A DNA stretch of 64,000 nucleotides from Macrostomum lignano (taxonomy: Eukaryota), in contig NIVC01001955.1 of the NCBI GenBank assembly GCA_002269645.1, forward strand, positions 62,001 through 126,000. Direction: 5' to 3'. Shown piece by piece: positions 11,521 through 50,645 of the stretch. The notes beneath the pieces were generated by a model. It did no database searches. It was not told the DNA's origin and saw only the letters and a list, made by a program, of their open reading frames with translations. The translations under genes were made by a program, and so were the position numbers. The number at the start of each line of letters is the position of its first letter. Position 1 is the stretch's first letter.

Positions 11521-12324
11521 ACCCGGTGTACACAAGTTGGGGCAGGGAATGTTTGCGGCCGCTGATTGGTGTCTTGTGTCGGACCTACATGCGATCTGAT
11601 GCAGTGTACAATTAGTAAACAAGGTCCATTGTACTTCGATTTCTGGTGGGAAAGTGTTGAAGCACAAAATGTACTTCTGAATATAAAACAACAACACTTA
11701 ATAAACACTTGAAAATAAGTATACTCGCTAGTTTTAAAAAAATATTTTATTATATAGAATATAATTTTTATGTCTGCTAGTGTTTTTTCTTTTGCTAGAA
11801 TTTTTTCTTCCGCGCATTCTATTAATTGCTTTTTTGTTATACTGTCACGCTATTGTCAACTTTATTTAACTTTAATCTATTAGTTAGCTCGTACAGCTAT
11901 AAATTAATCAATGCGCAGTTTCACTACATCACTACATTCAAATTGGATTGCATGAATAAAATCTGCAAAAATATAACGAACTTTAATTTCGAAGTTTATG
12001 ATAATACGAAGTATTTCTATTGCTGAAAATGAATCCAAGACCTTGTCAGCCAATAGGATTCGCCCTGGCCGCTGATTGGCTGGCTGGCTGGCTGGAAGAG
12101 ATCGCTAGGAGTGGTTTGGGTTAAAAAACTGCTGCTATACGATTGAAACTTGGACTAAAAGTGGCGAAGTTGGCTGAGAAATAGGCTTTGCTGTTATCTG
12201 GCTAGCCAATTAACAGTGTCTACTAGCAAAGAAGGAAAGAGGTTCAGAGATATCCATATATGGAAATAAAATCCATTGAACATAACAAAAGACCAGCCTG
12301 AAAAACTGAGCACAACTTTAATTC

Positions 12325-12700
12325 GGAAATCAGAGAAGCCTCAATTCGGAAAACACAGAAGCCTCAATTCGGAAAACAGAGAAGTCTCAATTCGGAAAAC
12401 ACAGAAGCCTCAATTCGGAAAACACAGAAGCCTCAATTCGGAAAACACAGAAGCCTCAATTCGGAAAACACAGAAGCCTCAATTCGGAAAACAGAGAAGC
12501 CTCAATTCGGAAAACAGAGAAGCCTCAATTCGGAAAACAGAGAAGCCTCAATTCGGAAAACACAAAAGCCTCAATTCGGAAAACACAGAAGCCTCAATTC
12601 GGAAAACAGAGAAGCCTCAATTCGGAAAACACAGAAGCCTCAATTCGGAAAACAGAGAAGCCTCAATTCGGAAAACACAGAAGCCTCAATTCGGAAAATT
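12325..12700. repeat. 23-bp minisatellite GCCTCAATTCGGAAAACA(C/G)AGAA
   Basis: About 16 tandem copies. Confidence 0.95.
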
Positions 12701-13667
12701 CGCGGAACTGTTCGGAAATTTGGGTAAACGCCTCTGCAGGTGAGAGCTTAAGTAAATTCCACACTATATATGCATTATGAGTTATAGAAAATAGCAAAGT
12801 GTTCTGTCTTGTTGCAGCTTGTGACGGCCTGTTTCTGGGGGGATGTTGAGGATGCCACTGAGTTCTGCAGGGAGTACAGAGATTGTTGTTGCAGCGCACT
12901 TTCGCCTCATTTCTCCATTGTCCCGAAAATTGGAAGCTGCTAGGAAGCTGAAGTCTGAGTTTATAGGCTTTTGGCAATTTTCCTTGGCTGGGGGAGAGAT
13001 GATGTATGGCCCATATAGCTTTCATTCATTCTCCCGATCTCTCTGTGCCCGTCACCTGTCAATCGGCAGTGTTGGACCAAGCAGTTGCCCTGCGCCATCC
13101 AACCTGTCTCACCTCATCTCTAGGACTCTCCGCGCGTGGCTTCAGGAAAGCTGTTAAAAATGCTATTTACTTTTTCTGTCAACGGGGGGGTGACTTGCTG
13201 TGTTATTTCTATAACTGGCTTCCATTCATTGCTGTTCTTCACGGCGATGTATCAAACAAAATAAATATTCGCTGAGCACGCTGCTCTCTGACTTCGGCGA
13301 CATTGTCTCTGCAATTCTGGCCCTTCAGCTGACTCCAGTCGAGAAAATAAGATTAAAAACTAGAAGTTGAACTAGATGTTGAATACTGTTGAAAATTGAA
13401 TACTAAGATAAGCCAGTAAGTGGGCGCAGGGCCCAAACAAGTATATTTATACCAGACATTAACTTTGGGGGTTTGAATTGCAGATAATAAAGAGAGGGGT
13501 GGAGTGCGCGACTAAATAGAGAGGCGAGAATGGAGAACCAATCAGAAGGCAGCAAGGGAGAGAGAGATAAGAATAACAAGATTGAGCTAGACACAGAGAG
13601 AGAGAGAGAGAAAACAGTAAACAGAGACAAGTGAAGGTGAACTAAAGAAACGACTAGGAAAGTCGCA

Positions 13668-14245
13668 AGCGCGCCAATGCTGTACGCAGGCACCATTCCA
13701 CTGACTCCTGAGCACACAAGCGCGCCAATGCTGTACGCAGGCACCATTCCACTGACTCCTGAGCACACAAGCGCGCCAATGCTGTACGCAGGCACCATTC
13801 CACTGACTCCTGAGCACACAAGCGCGCCAATGCTGTACGCAGGCACCATTCCACTGACTCCTGAGCACACAAGCGCGCCAATGCTGTACGCAGGCACCAT
13901 TCCACTGACTCCTGAGCACACAAGCGCGCCAATGCTGTACGCAGGCACCATTCCACTGACTCCTGAGCACACAATCGCGCCAATGCTGTACGCAGGCACC
14001 ATTCCACTGACTCCTGAGCACACAAGCGCGCCAATGCTGTACGCAGGCACCATTCCACTGACTCCTGAGCACACAATCGCGCCAATGCTGTACGCAGGCA
14101 CCATTCCACTGACTCCTGAGCACACAAGCGCGCCAATGCTGTACGCAGGCACCATTCCGCAGACTCCTGAGCACACAAGCGCGCCAATGCTGTACGCAGG
14201 CACCATTCCGCAGACTCCTGAGCACACAAGCGCGCCAATACTGTA
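13668..14245. repeat. 51-bp minisatellite AGCGCGCCAATGCTGTACGCAGGCACCATTCCACTGACTCCTGAGCACACA
   Basis: About 11 near-identical copies; the unit resembles the SINE body at 51160-51225. Confidence 0.96.
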
Positions 14246-16117
14246 CACAGGCACAGAACTCATACAGACGCAAACTTTGAGCTTGGCCGGATCGCTGTTG
14301 TGAAGTTTGAAAGGACCCAAAAGCCGAATAGAGAGGCTTCGGGTTTGCTGACCCCAGATTTAGAGAGATGAGAAGCCATCGCGGACCAGCCGGGCACAGT
14401 GTTAGAGCTGTGAGGTTGCGAGAATAAGAAAATGATGGGGATAATTCTCCCAGGCACTGGGGCAGTTGTCCTGTAGTCCTACAACCTGCATGAAGGGCCT
14501 AGATTAGTCGCAAACGGCTGATCGCGCGCAGCTCCAGCTAAGTGGTGGCGGCGTCAGGGGTGCTGCTCGAGGTCCGCCTCACCTATTCGCACCCCCCGCC
14601 ACTCGAGTAATCCGCCTACGACCCCACTCGCAATTATTGATGAGGCGCGCAGGGGGACCATCGGTTAGCCGCGAGGCCATCTAATTGCGGCCTGCATGAG
14701 GGGATCAGCGAGACTGGGGGATGGCCCTGGCTCCTGGGAGAAAAGCTTTCGCAAGGCCCCAGATGGGAATGAAACTTTGCCGTGGCCTTTCTTCAAGTCG
14801 AAGGCCTGTCACTGGGCGGTGTTTTCACAGTGGCCTGCCCCAGCTTCCCAAGGCCTCATCATCGGCCACCTGCCGGTGCCAAAGTTGGCAAGGAGGCTGC
14901 AGAGGATGGGCATTGGGAAAAACTAGCAGTTTCTTATCCCCATCCCCTTCCTGCGTAGGGCTTTTTTGAACTTGAAATGCGCTCGATAAAGCCTAACGCC
15001 TGTCGGTCACCCTCAACTGCCTGTCTGTCTGTCTTCTGCATCACCAGCCTCCCAGTTTAAGCGGACGATTGTCGCTATACAGCCATTAAAATGAAGCAGC
15101 TTTTGCTACGCAAGTTCCCAGATGCTTGAACCAGATGGTTGTCCTATGAATTCCCGTACAATCCGAGATGTTGCAGCTGCTGCTGAGACACAGTCTTCTC
15201 TATTTGCAGCTCGCTTTTTTATTTATCCCCGCTGGGCTGGGAGAATTTCTGAGGTTGAGGCGGTCGGCTTCACAGTCTGCTTTCGCCTTCTCTCTTTGGC
15301 TTGGAAATTTCAGTCCCCAACTCTCAAACCTGGGCCGCGCGGAGCTCCTGTTGCTCCACGTGCCCCAAGTGTTGCAGTTTTTTTTGAGTCGCGAATGCGC
15401 TCTGCAATCGATTGATTCACCGCTCCAGAGCTCTGACCCTCCCCATGTGCGGTGCGGTTCCGCTCGCGCCTACCCAATTTTTCCTCTCGAGTGGCGAAAT
15501 CCGCAGTTAACTTTTATGACAACTCTCGGCATTTCCTTCCGCAAAAATCCAACCCGAGCAGGAACAGTTTAGCGATTCGGACATTCCGACCGTACCCTAG
15601 CAATGCAGCTCCGTGTGACGCAACTTCGCCTTCTTGGTTAATTGGCGGGTTTCCCCCTGCCCAGACGGGAGCCTCCCGCTGGGGCAATTGCTATCAACGG
15701 AATCGCCTCGGGGTTGGGACGGTGGCTCAGCCCGTGTTTTTTAAGCTTTGAGCTGCTGCAGTTTGGGGAAACGATGGAGAGGAGGGAGAGAGAGAGGCAG
15801 AGCATGAGGCCTGGAAGCTCTCGAGAGGAAGCCGCGCGGCGGTGGCGTGTGAAACGCAACTGGGATCCCCCGCTCCGAGGAAGAGAAGTCGCGACTTCCC
15901 CGACTCTGAAAGTGGAGGCGCCGCAGTTGCCAGCACAGCCGCTCCTGGAGATCCTCTTCTCCCCCCTCTGTCGCCTTCCCAGCAGCAGCCCGGCGCCCCC
16001 CCCCGGGCTGCTTTAACCTGGTCTGTGCGTTCCTGCAAGCCCCGGTATGTCTCTGTGTGCGCATGACTCACCTGACTGACACTTCAGTAGCGAATTCCCA
16101 CGAGGCCATGAGGGGGG

Positions 16118-16128
16118 AGCGGTGAGTG

Positions 16129-16184
<56 letters not shown>

Positions 16185-16200
16185 GTGTGTGCGTGTGTGC
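16118..16200. repeat. (GT)n microsatellite
   Basis: Direct reading of the sequence. Confidence 0.95.
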
Positions 16201-16461
16201 CTGTATCGGCAGCCAGCGAGAGCTTTTGGTAACAATAGCTACTCACTTGTGAGCAGAGTTCTGTTCTCACCCGGCATCCGCCAGCCATCTCGGCAGAGAA
16301 GTTGATACACCTGTAAAGCAGAAAAACTCTCTTTTCCTTTCTGGCTGCTCAGCCGCTGCTCAGCCGCTTGTCTACGCTGTTTTAAGTGAATCAGAGCTCG
16401 CTTACACATTCTTTTTTCCTACATTTTTTCAGGACTGCCGACGGAATTGAAATTCAGCCGA

Positions 16462-42094
<25,633 letters not shown>

Positions 42095-43121
42095 TGCTCA
42101 TTTACCCTCGTCAGGGGCCTCTGCGTTCGAGATTTCCTCAGCCAAATTTACTTTGCGCTCACTGGTACTTAGTCCAATATTGTCGCTCATTGGCCAGTTG
42201 AGATGATTCTCTGTTCTTGCGCTTGCTGCTCTCTCATTGGCTGAGAGGATTTGCTTTTCTATGCGCTTGCTTTTCTCCCATTGGCTGAGAGGATTCATGT
42301 TTTTCACTAGTTTCTTTTCTGCCCGATGTTGTCTTTGATTGGCTAAAACAATTCTTGATTCTCTACCCCTAGCCGCTCTCTAATTGGTTGAAACATTGTT
42401 GATCCACACTCAATTATTCTCGGTCTAAACTAATAGTTCTCAGATTGTAAATTGCTTGACAACATTTTGCACTGCATCACGAAATGGAAATCTGTAGATT
42501 AGCACTGAACATTATTTATTGTAGCACTTTCAGCTGACTAACCCACGTACTCGTAGCTGTAGATTTCTGAGTACATTTTTTGAGTAGTTAATACGTTTTT
42601 AATACTAATGCATTTATTATCTTAAATGCTTGTGTCTAAACCTTTTCCCAAGCTGGAAGGCAATCCGTGACACCCCTTTGTGACTAATTTCATCTCACTG
42701 GTCAGATCTTTGTTTTCATTGGCATTTTACAGTCCTAAATCCACGCAACTCTCTGACAGCTGAAACCGACACCATTAAAATTGGTGTGTTAGTAGTTGGG
42801 ATCTTAGGGAGCTCTAATCTACCTGCAGATCCAGTGCCTTAATCAAGCAGCTGTATAAACTTTAATCAGATGTGAAAGAGAAATCGATGAGTCATCGGAC
42901 GACGCAGGTTTGTTTTTTGCCCCAATCTTAGTCTGTCGCGTTTTACCTGCTGATAATGTATAAAAACTATTGATTGAGTCAAACATTTGCTTTTTGTATA
43001 AATTTGAAGCTGCACAGGGCACGATTTTTATTTAAAATACACAGGCAATCAACTTGTCGATTTATAATAGCCCTATGAGCATGAATTTATTAATTGGACC
43101 ACGCTTGATGGTATGGCTGCA

Positions 43122-43372
43122 CTAGAGCTACACTAAAGCTACACTAGAGCTACACTAGAGCTACACTAGAGCTACACTAGAGCTACACTAGAGCTACACT
43201 AGAGCTACACTAGAGCTACACTAGAGCTACACTAGAGCTACACTAGAGCTACACTAAAGCTACACTAGAGCTACACTAGAGCTACACTAGAGCTACACTA
43301 GAGCTACACTAGAGCTACACTAGAGCTACACTAGAGCTACACTAGAGCTACACTAGAGCTACACTAGATCTA
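43122..43372. repeat. 11-bp minisatellite CTACACTAGAG
   Basis: About 22 copies. Confidence 0.95.
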
Positions 43373-43720
43373 CAGCTGATTCAACTGCCAGTGACGCAGT
43401 TCGCTCATGAGTCCAAAGTCTTCAAACCCCATCAAGCGTGAGGTCAAAAGGCCATGGCACAATAAAAATCCCTATTGACAAGAAGTTCAAGGCCAATTTT
43501 GCCTGACTGGCATACTGACAGACTTGAGTTGGTATCTCGATACCCTTGAGCAGTCTTGCAGCTGCCTGACAATAGCTATTGGGGAACAAATCGATTCTTG
43601 AGCATACCAGAGCCCCATTTCTTACTCAATAGATCCTCAATAAAATGCATCTTCTGGAAGCTGTCACACACTAGTATTTATTCTAGAATTTCCAGGCAGT
43701 TCCCCAGCGACAAAGCCGAG

Positions 43721-44479
43721 ATGAAGTTGTTTTCCGCCATTCTGAAGCTTCTGTGGGTGACAGCAAAGTCCTGCAGTCCTGCGGAAAAGCTCAAGTTCCA
43801 CCCAGTAACCGGAGTTGACTGCGTGAGCTGGAAATTCACCCGAACAGTGCAGGGCCTGTGCGACACCCTGAGCTGCGCCATCCAGTGCGGCGATGCAAAC
43901 AGCTGCCAAGCCTTCAGGCTGCTGACTGATGGCGCCTGTCAGTGCAAACTGTTCCTGTTCGATGCGTGCAGCCACCGAGTGCAGTCGGTGCCGAACTGCA
44001 CCAACCAGGTCACTGTGTACATCAGGTCTCCGCCAGGCGTGCCTCTGGGCCGCCTGTGCCCGCCCGGCTACCAGCACGCCAGATACGGCACCTCCTACAA
44101 GCTGGTGGCAACTCCGAGACTCAGCTGGGCCGAGGCCAACCGGACCTGCAGCTCAGAGCCGGGCCGACTGGCCAAGTTCGCTGACGCCACCGACCAGGAC
44201 GAGGCTCTGTACCTCAGGCAGCTAAAGGAGCGGCTCGGCAGCAGGAGCGACCACTTCCTCGGCGGCAAGCTGAACAGCGGCCAGTCGGCCACTTCGAAGG
44301 ACGCCTGGAGGTGGACAGCCTGCAATCTGGCCATCGCCCACGATGCCTGGCGTAGCGGGCAGCCAGATGGGTCGACCGACTGCGCCAACCTGTGCTCCAG
44401 CTATTCTGATGGAGGCATCGACAATCATTATTGCAGCTTCACGCAGCGCTACATCTGCGAGTGCCAGAGCGTGTTCTGA
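43721..44479 (+). CDS. Secreted C-type lectin with N-terminal Cys-rich PAN/apple-like module, intronless CDS, 252 aa
   Basis: ATG at 43721 with hydrophobic leader MKLFSAILKLLWVTAKSCS; PAN-like C..(SCAIQC)..SCQAF..CQC; CTLD CPPGY..SYKL..LSWAEANRTC..LAKF..FLGG..WRW..WRSGQPDG..DC..IDNHYC..RYICE; AATAAA at 44565. Confidence 0.88.
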   Translation: MKLFSAILKLLWVTAKSCSPAEKLKFHPVTGVDCVSWKFTRTVQGLCDTLSCAIQCGDANSCQAFRLLTDGACQCKLFLFDACSHRVQSVPNCTNQVTVYIRSPPGVPLGRLCPPGYQHARYGTSYKLVATPRLSWAEANRTCSSEPGRLAKFADATDQDEALYLRQLKERLGSRSDHFLGGKLNSGQSATSKDAWRWTACNLAIAHDAWRSGQPDGSTDCANLCSSYSDGGIDNHYCSFTQRYICECQSVF

Positions 44480-44564
44480 AGCTGTTCTCCTGCCTGCAGA
44501 CGAATAACTCACTTCTATAGCAAGTTTATTCATTTTTAGCAGCTGAAATTGACTGTGAACTTAA

Positions 44565-44570
44565 AATAAA
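44565..44570 (+). other. Polyadenylation signal of the lectin gene
   Basis: AATAAA 86 nt after the stop codon. Confidence 0.55.
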
Positions 44571-44647
44571 AATATACCTTCGTTAATATAATCGTTCTAT
44601 CGCAAGCATTCATGAGTTCATGTGTGACTGAGTAAGTTAATATTCAT

Positions 44648-45228
44648 GAGTGAGTGAGTGAGTGAGTGAGTGAGTGAGTGAGTGAGTGAGTGAGTGAGTG
44701 ACTGAGTGACTGAGTAAGTTAATGTTCATGAGTGAGTGAGTGAGTGAGTGAGTGAGTGAGTTAGTGAGTGAGTGAGTGAGTGAGTGAGTGAGTGAGTGAG
44801 TGAGTGAGTGAGTGAGTGAGTGAGTGATGAGTGAGTGAGTGAGTGAGTGAGTGAGTGAGTGATGAGTGAGTGAGTGAGTGAGTGAGTGAGTGAGTGAGTG
44901 AGTGAGTGAGTGAGTGAGTGAGTGAGTGAGTGAGTGAGTGAGTGAGTGAGTGAGTGAGTGAGTGAGTGAGTGAGTGATGAGTGAGTGAGTGAGTGAGTGA
45001 GTGAGTGAGTGAGTGAGTGATGAGTGAGTGAGTGAGTGAGTGAGTGAGTGAGTGAGTGAGTGAGTGATTGAGTGAGTGAGTGAGTGAGTGATTGAGTGAG
45101 TGAGTGAGTGAGTGAGTGAGTGGGTAAGTGAGTGAGTGAGTGAGTGAGTGAGTCAGTCAGTCAGTCAGTCAGTCAGTCAGTCAGTCAGTCAGTCAGTCAG
45201 TCAGTCAGTCAGTCAGTCAGTCAGTCAG
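44648..45228. repeat. Compound (GAGT)n then (CAGT)n microsatellite
   Basis: Direct reading; the motif switches near 45150. Confidence 0.96.
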
Positions 45229-46146
45229 TCTGCAGGTGAGGTCCCGGCTAGCTGTCGAAGAGCCATTGAGTTCTTGTGAGTTCTTTTGTGTTGTGAGCAA
45301 TGTGCATAGCTAGGTATACATTGATACAAATAAACTATTAAAAGTTGAAAGCCTTGTCGGGTTGGCCAGCACCAGTAAGTTAAGCTGCTACGGCCGCGGT
45401 TAGTACACAGAGCCACCTCGCAAGCAGACAGCCAGCGTAAGCGAGCGGTAAGTCAATCAAAAGGACAGAATTCTTAAAATCATTAAGTAAAATAAATTTA
45501 TAAAGAAATTTTTGAGCCAAACATTCATGCAGAGCAGCTCTGTGATATCATTTTTTTATTTTGTTATTTATTAGGTACAGAACTAATTTAGAAACCCGCA
45601 AAGTCCTCAAATTTTTATTTATCGAACAGGAAAAATAAGTTTAGAAACGATAGAGCAAAATATTACTTAGAGTAGAGTATTGAGAATGGATTTTCCAAAT
45701 CTATACGGGGATCAACAAATTCACAAATCCGGAAAATAAAGCATTATAACAAAAAACTGTTTTCAAACTTGAACGCACAGCAGCAGTACAGGACTTCGAA
45801 CACCGCTCATGAGCAGGGTGCACTAAACATACGGCATGTCATCAGAGTACTGGACGGACTGGTCTTGGTTCCTAGCTCTAGCGGCTAAAATAATTTGAAA
45901 AAAAGTCTTAAAGCAGATGATAAACAAAGATAAACAAAAAGAAAGCGAGGAAAATTATTTAATTAATTTGTACTCGACAGTCAGTCTCAATGTGAAAATT
46001 TGGTTGAGTCAAAGAGCGCTGCTTTACTTAGTAATTTACGCTTTCTGAAGGGTCCCGTAGGGTGCGTGGCCGGAGAAACAGACAGAGAGATGAGGCTGGT
46101 TCAGTCGGAGATGGCCAAGTCATCAGGCGGCCGGGTCCCGCAGTGC

Positions 46147-48179
<2,033 letters not shown>

Positions 48180-48723
48180 AATTGCTGCTTTTAGAGGGAT
48201 GGTTGGACAATCATGAAGATGAAAGATTTTCTGAAAATCAGCATATCCATTGAAAACTCACTTCCTTTTATAAAATTAGGCATATTATTTTGCCTTAGAC
48301 AAGTTTTGACTAAAAAAATTTAACTTGAAATACATTAAAAACGAAGCAATATTGTTCCTGGCACTTGAACTTTAAAATAAATACTTTAACCAATAATTTA
48401 TTGTATTGTTCCACCACAATGCCATTGCATAAAGAAATGTAAAACAAATACTGATTAACGAGGTGCTATATGTAATTCCTATGTTAATGAAAGAATGGTT
48501 AAAAAAGAGACATGAATTTAATTTTTTTCTGTATACAAAAGTATCCAAAAAAGATGGCAACTAGCTTTCTGCAGATCCATATTCTAGATACAGTATCCAA
48601 AATTGTCCTAAATTGTAGAGGTACTTGTCTAGCTAAGTTTCTTTACAACAAATATTTTTTAATATGCTTAGTTTAAGCTGGTTACTCTTATATTGCTTTC
48701 ACTCGGTGCAAAAAATGAAAAGG

Positions 48724-48737
48724 ACGGGCTTAGCAAC
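48724..48737 (-). promoter_or_regulatory. Possible RFX X-box half-site (GTTGCTAAG) upstream of tektin
   Basis: Minus strand reads GTTGCTAAGCCCGT. RFX factors regulate axonemal genes, but only the half-site is good. Confidence 0.3.
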
Positions 48738-50645
48738 GAAATTTCAGATATTATTTGATTAGGAAAGAAGTTTTTGGATTTATTAGAAGTAGAAGAAATT
48801 TTGGTTTGCAGGGAACCTAAGACTCTTTACAGAACTGATTGTAACGCTTTCGGTTCGGTCACAACAACACTCGGCTACTTCAGTTATAAAGTAGGGTTGT
48901 AAAGTAGTAGTAGTAAGTTGGCTCAGGCAAGAAGGGTTGTAAATGCAATCCCTCTCAGCATTTTGAAATTCGCGGTGACGTGTTGTCATGGCGCCAGAAA
49001 CTGTCAGAAGGAAAAAACTATAACAATATAATTTGTAAACTCCTAAAAAGGAACGCAATAATTGTGCTTACCGTCTATACTAAGGAGCAGCTTACGTTTT
49101 AAGAATTCTAAGAGTTGTAAAATATAAATAAATAAAGAGTTTTGCTGCAGTCTCATTTTAAATACATAAAATTCTGCGAAAGTAGTGACTAGGATCGTGA
49201 ACCTACAATCAAAGGTGAAACCGAATGCTTTAAAAGATATTAAAATGTTCAATCGTATTTCACAATCTTACTTGTCTTTCGCATTTTTACATTTTTTAAT
49301 CCTAGCTAAATCCCAACTATTTTTTAATTCTTAATAATAAAGAAAAGATTTATATTACAATAGCTGTGAAAATTAAAGTTGCTATCGAAAATTAATTTAA
49401 AACCAGTATTCTTCAAGAAAATTAGCTGATGAGATAATATAAAAATAATTAACTATACAATAAGTAGATGATTAGGCCCTACTAAGATTTATAATAAAGC
49501 AGGGTGAAATCATAATAGAAATGTTAGCAGTAGCCAGGTAGGCAAATTGACAATTGTTCACAAAATTTCTTGCTACTATGTAGGATAACTTAATTAATAG
49601 CTGGTATTACTAAATTATTAAAATAGCAACTGGATTTTGTGACTACTAACTGGAATTGACATTAGAAATTGTAAAATTTTCCTTTGTAATCAACACTGCT
49701 AAAATTATATTATATATTGTATTATGATAGTCATTATTAATACATAGTTTCTTGCTTTAACATTTTTTATGTATATATTTTTTATATATATTGAAGTTTG
49801 AAATATGTTAATACTATAGAAAGTAAGAACATTAAAACAATTATAGTTTATTAAGCAGTTATTGTTTGCTTTTAACAAAGGCATACTATAGGATATAGTA
49901 AACTATATAGCCTATTAGCAATCAAGAAATAACCCTCTTTCTATTAACATTTGAACATACACACACACATATGCACAAGTTGTATAACAGCCTACTTTGG
50001 CAGTTAGCTCTCATGGGCTAGAATTATATAAAAACATTATATGGTAATAACAATTAATTTTTCTTCCTGTTGAACTACCAGAGGGGCCAATATTCCCTTC
50101 TAACAAGTTTTTTTGCTATGCTAGAATGGAACTTTCAAGATTTACAAAAATTCAAGAATATGACTTCAATTTTTATTGCATACCTCAAACAAGAATAAAT
50201 TGCCAGCCCCTAACAATTTGCTATCTATAGTCACCTGGTGCCACTGCCACCTGTTGAAGGTCCAGAAGTTCTGTCTGTCTAGGTGAAGGTCAGTCGCAGC
50301 TGATACAGACTTACGTAGTTAAAATGCTGATGAAGTTTGGAGGCTTGGAAAATCTGCACAGAGGCGCAGTGCTAATTGGCGACCTGGGGTGTACTGAATA
50401 CACTAGCGCTTATGGGAATAATCCGACCTTCTGGCAGATTTTTTAATATCCCGACAGTCTAGAGGGCTGGCGACTTGATTTTTGTTTGAGAAGGGTGTGC
50501 AACAAAATTTTAGGCCTTGTTCTTCAGCTTTGTATGCAAAAAATTGTCAGGGTGGATGATTTTGCTGTTTATGTCACCGCACTGCGCGCAGAATCGAGTC
50601 TGAATACTCGTGACTTATTATTAGACAATCTTGACTCAACTCCAG

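Noticed and set aside
13403-14320. ORFs with 17-aa repeats on both strands; superficially CRISPR-like regular repeats
   Set aside because: A 51-bp tandem array with no unique spacers, open in several frames; eukaryotic context and no cas genes.
15168-15572. Alternative signal-peptide first exon (MLQLLLRHSLLYLQLAFLFIPAGLG) for the CUB gene
   Set aside because: No phase-1 GT donor after the hydrophobic stretch; the 16462 exon fits with GTGAGT.
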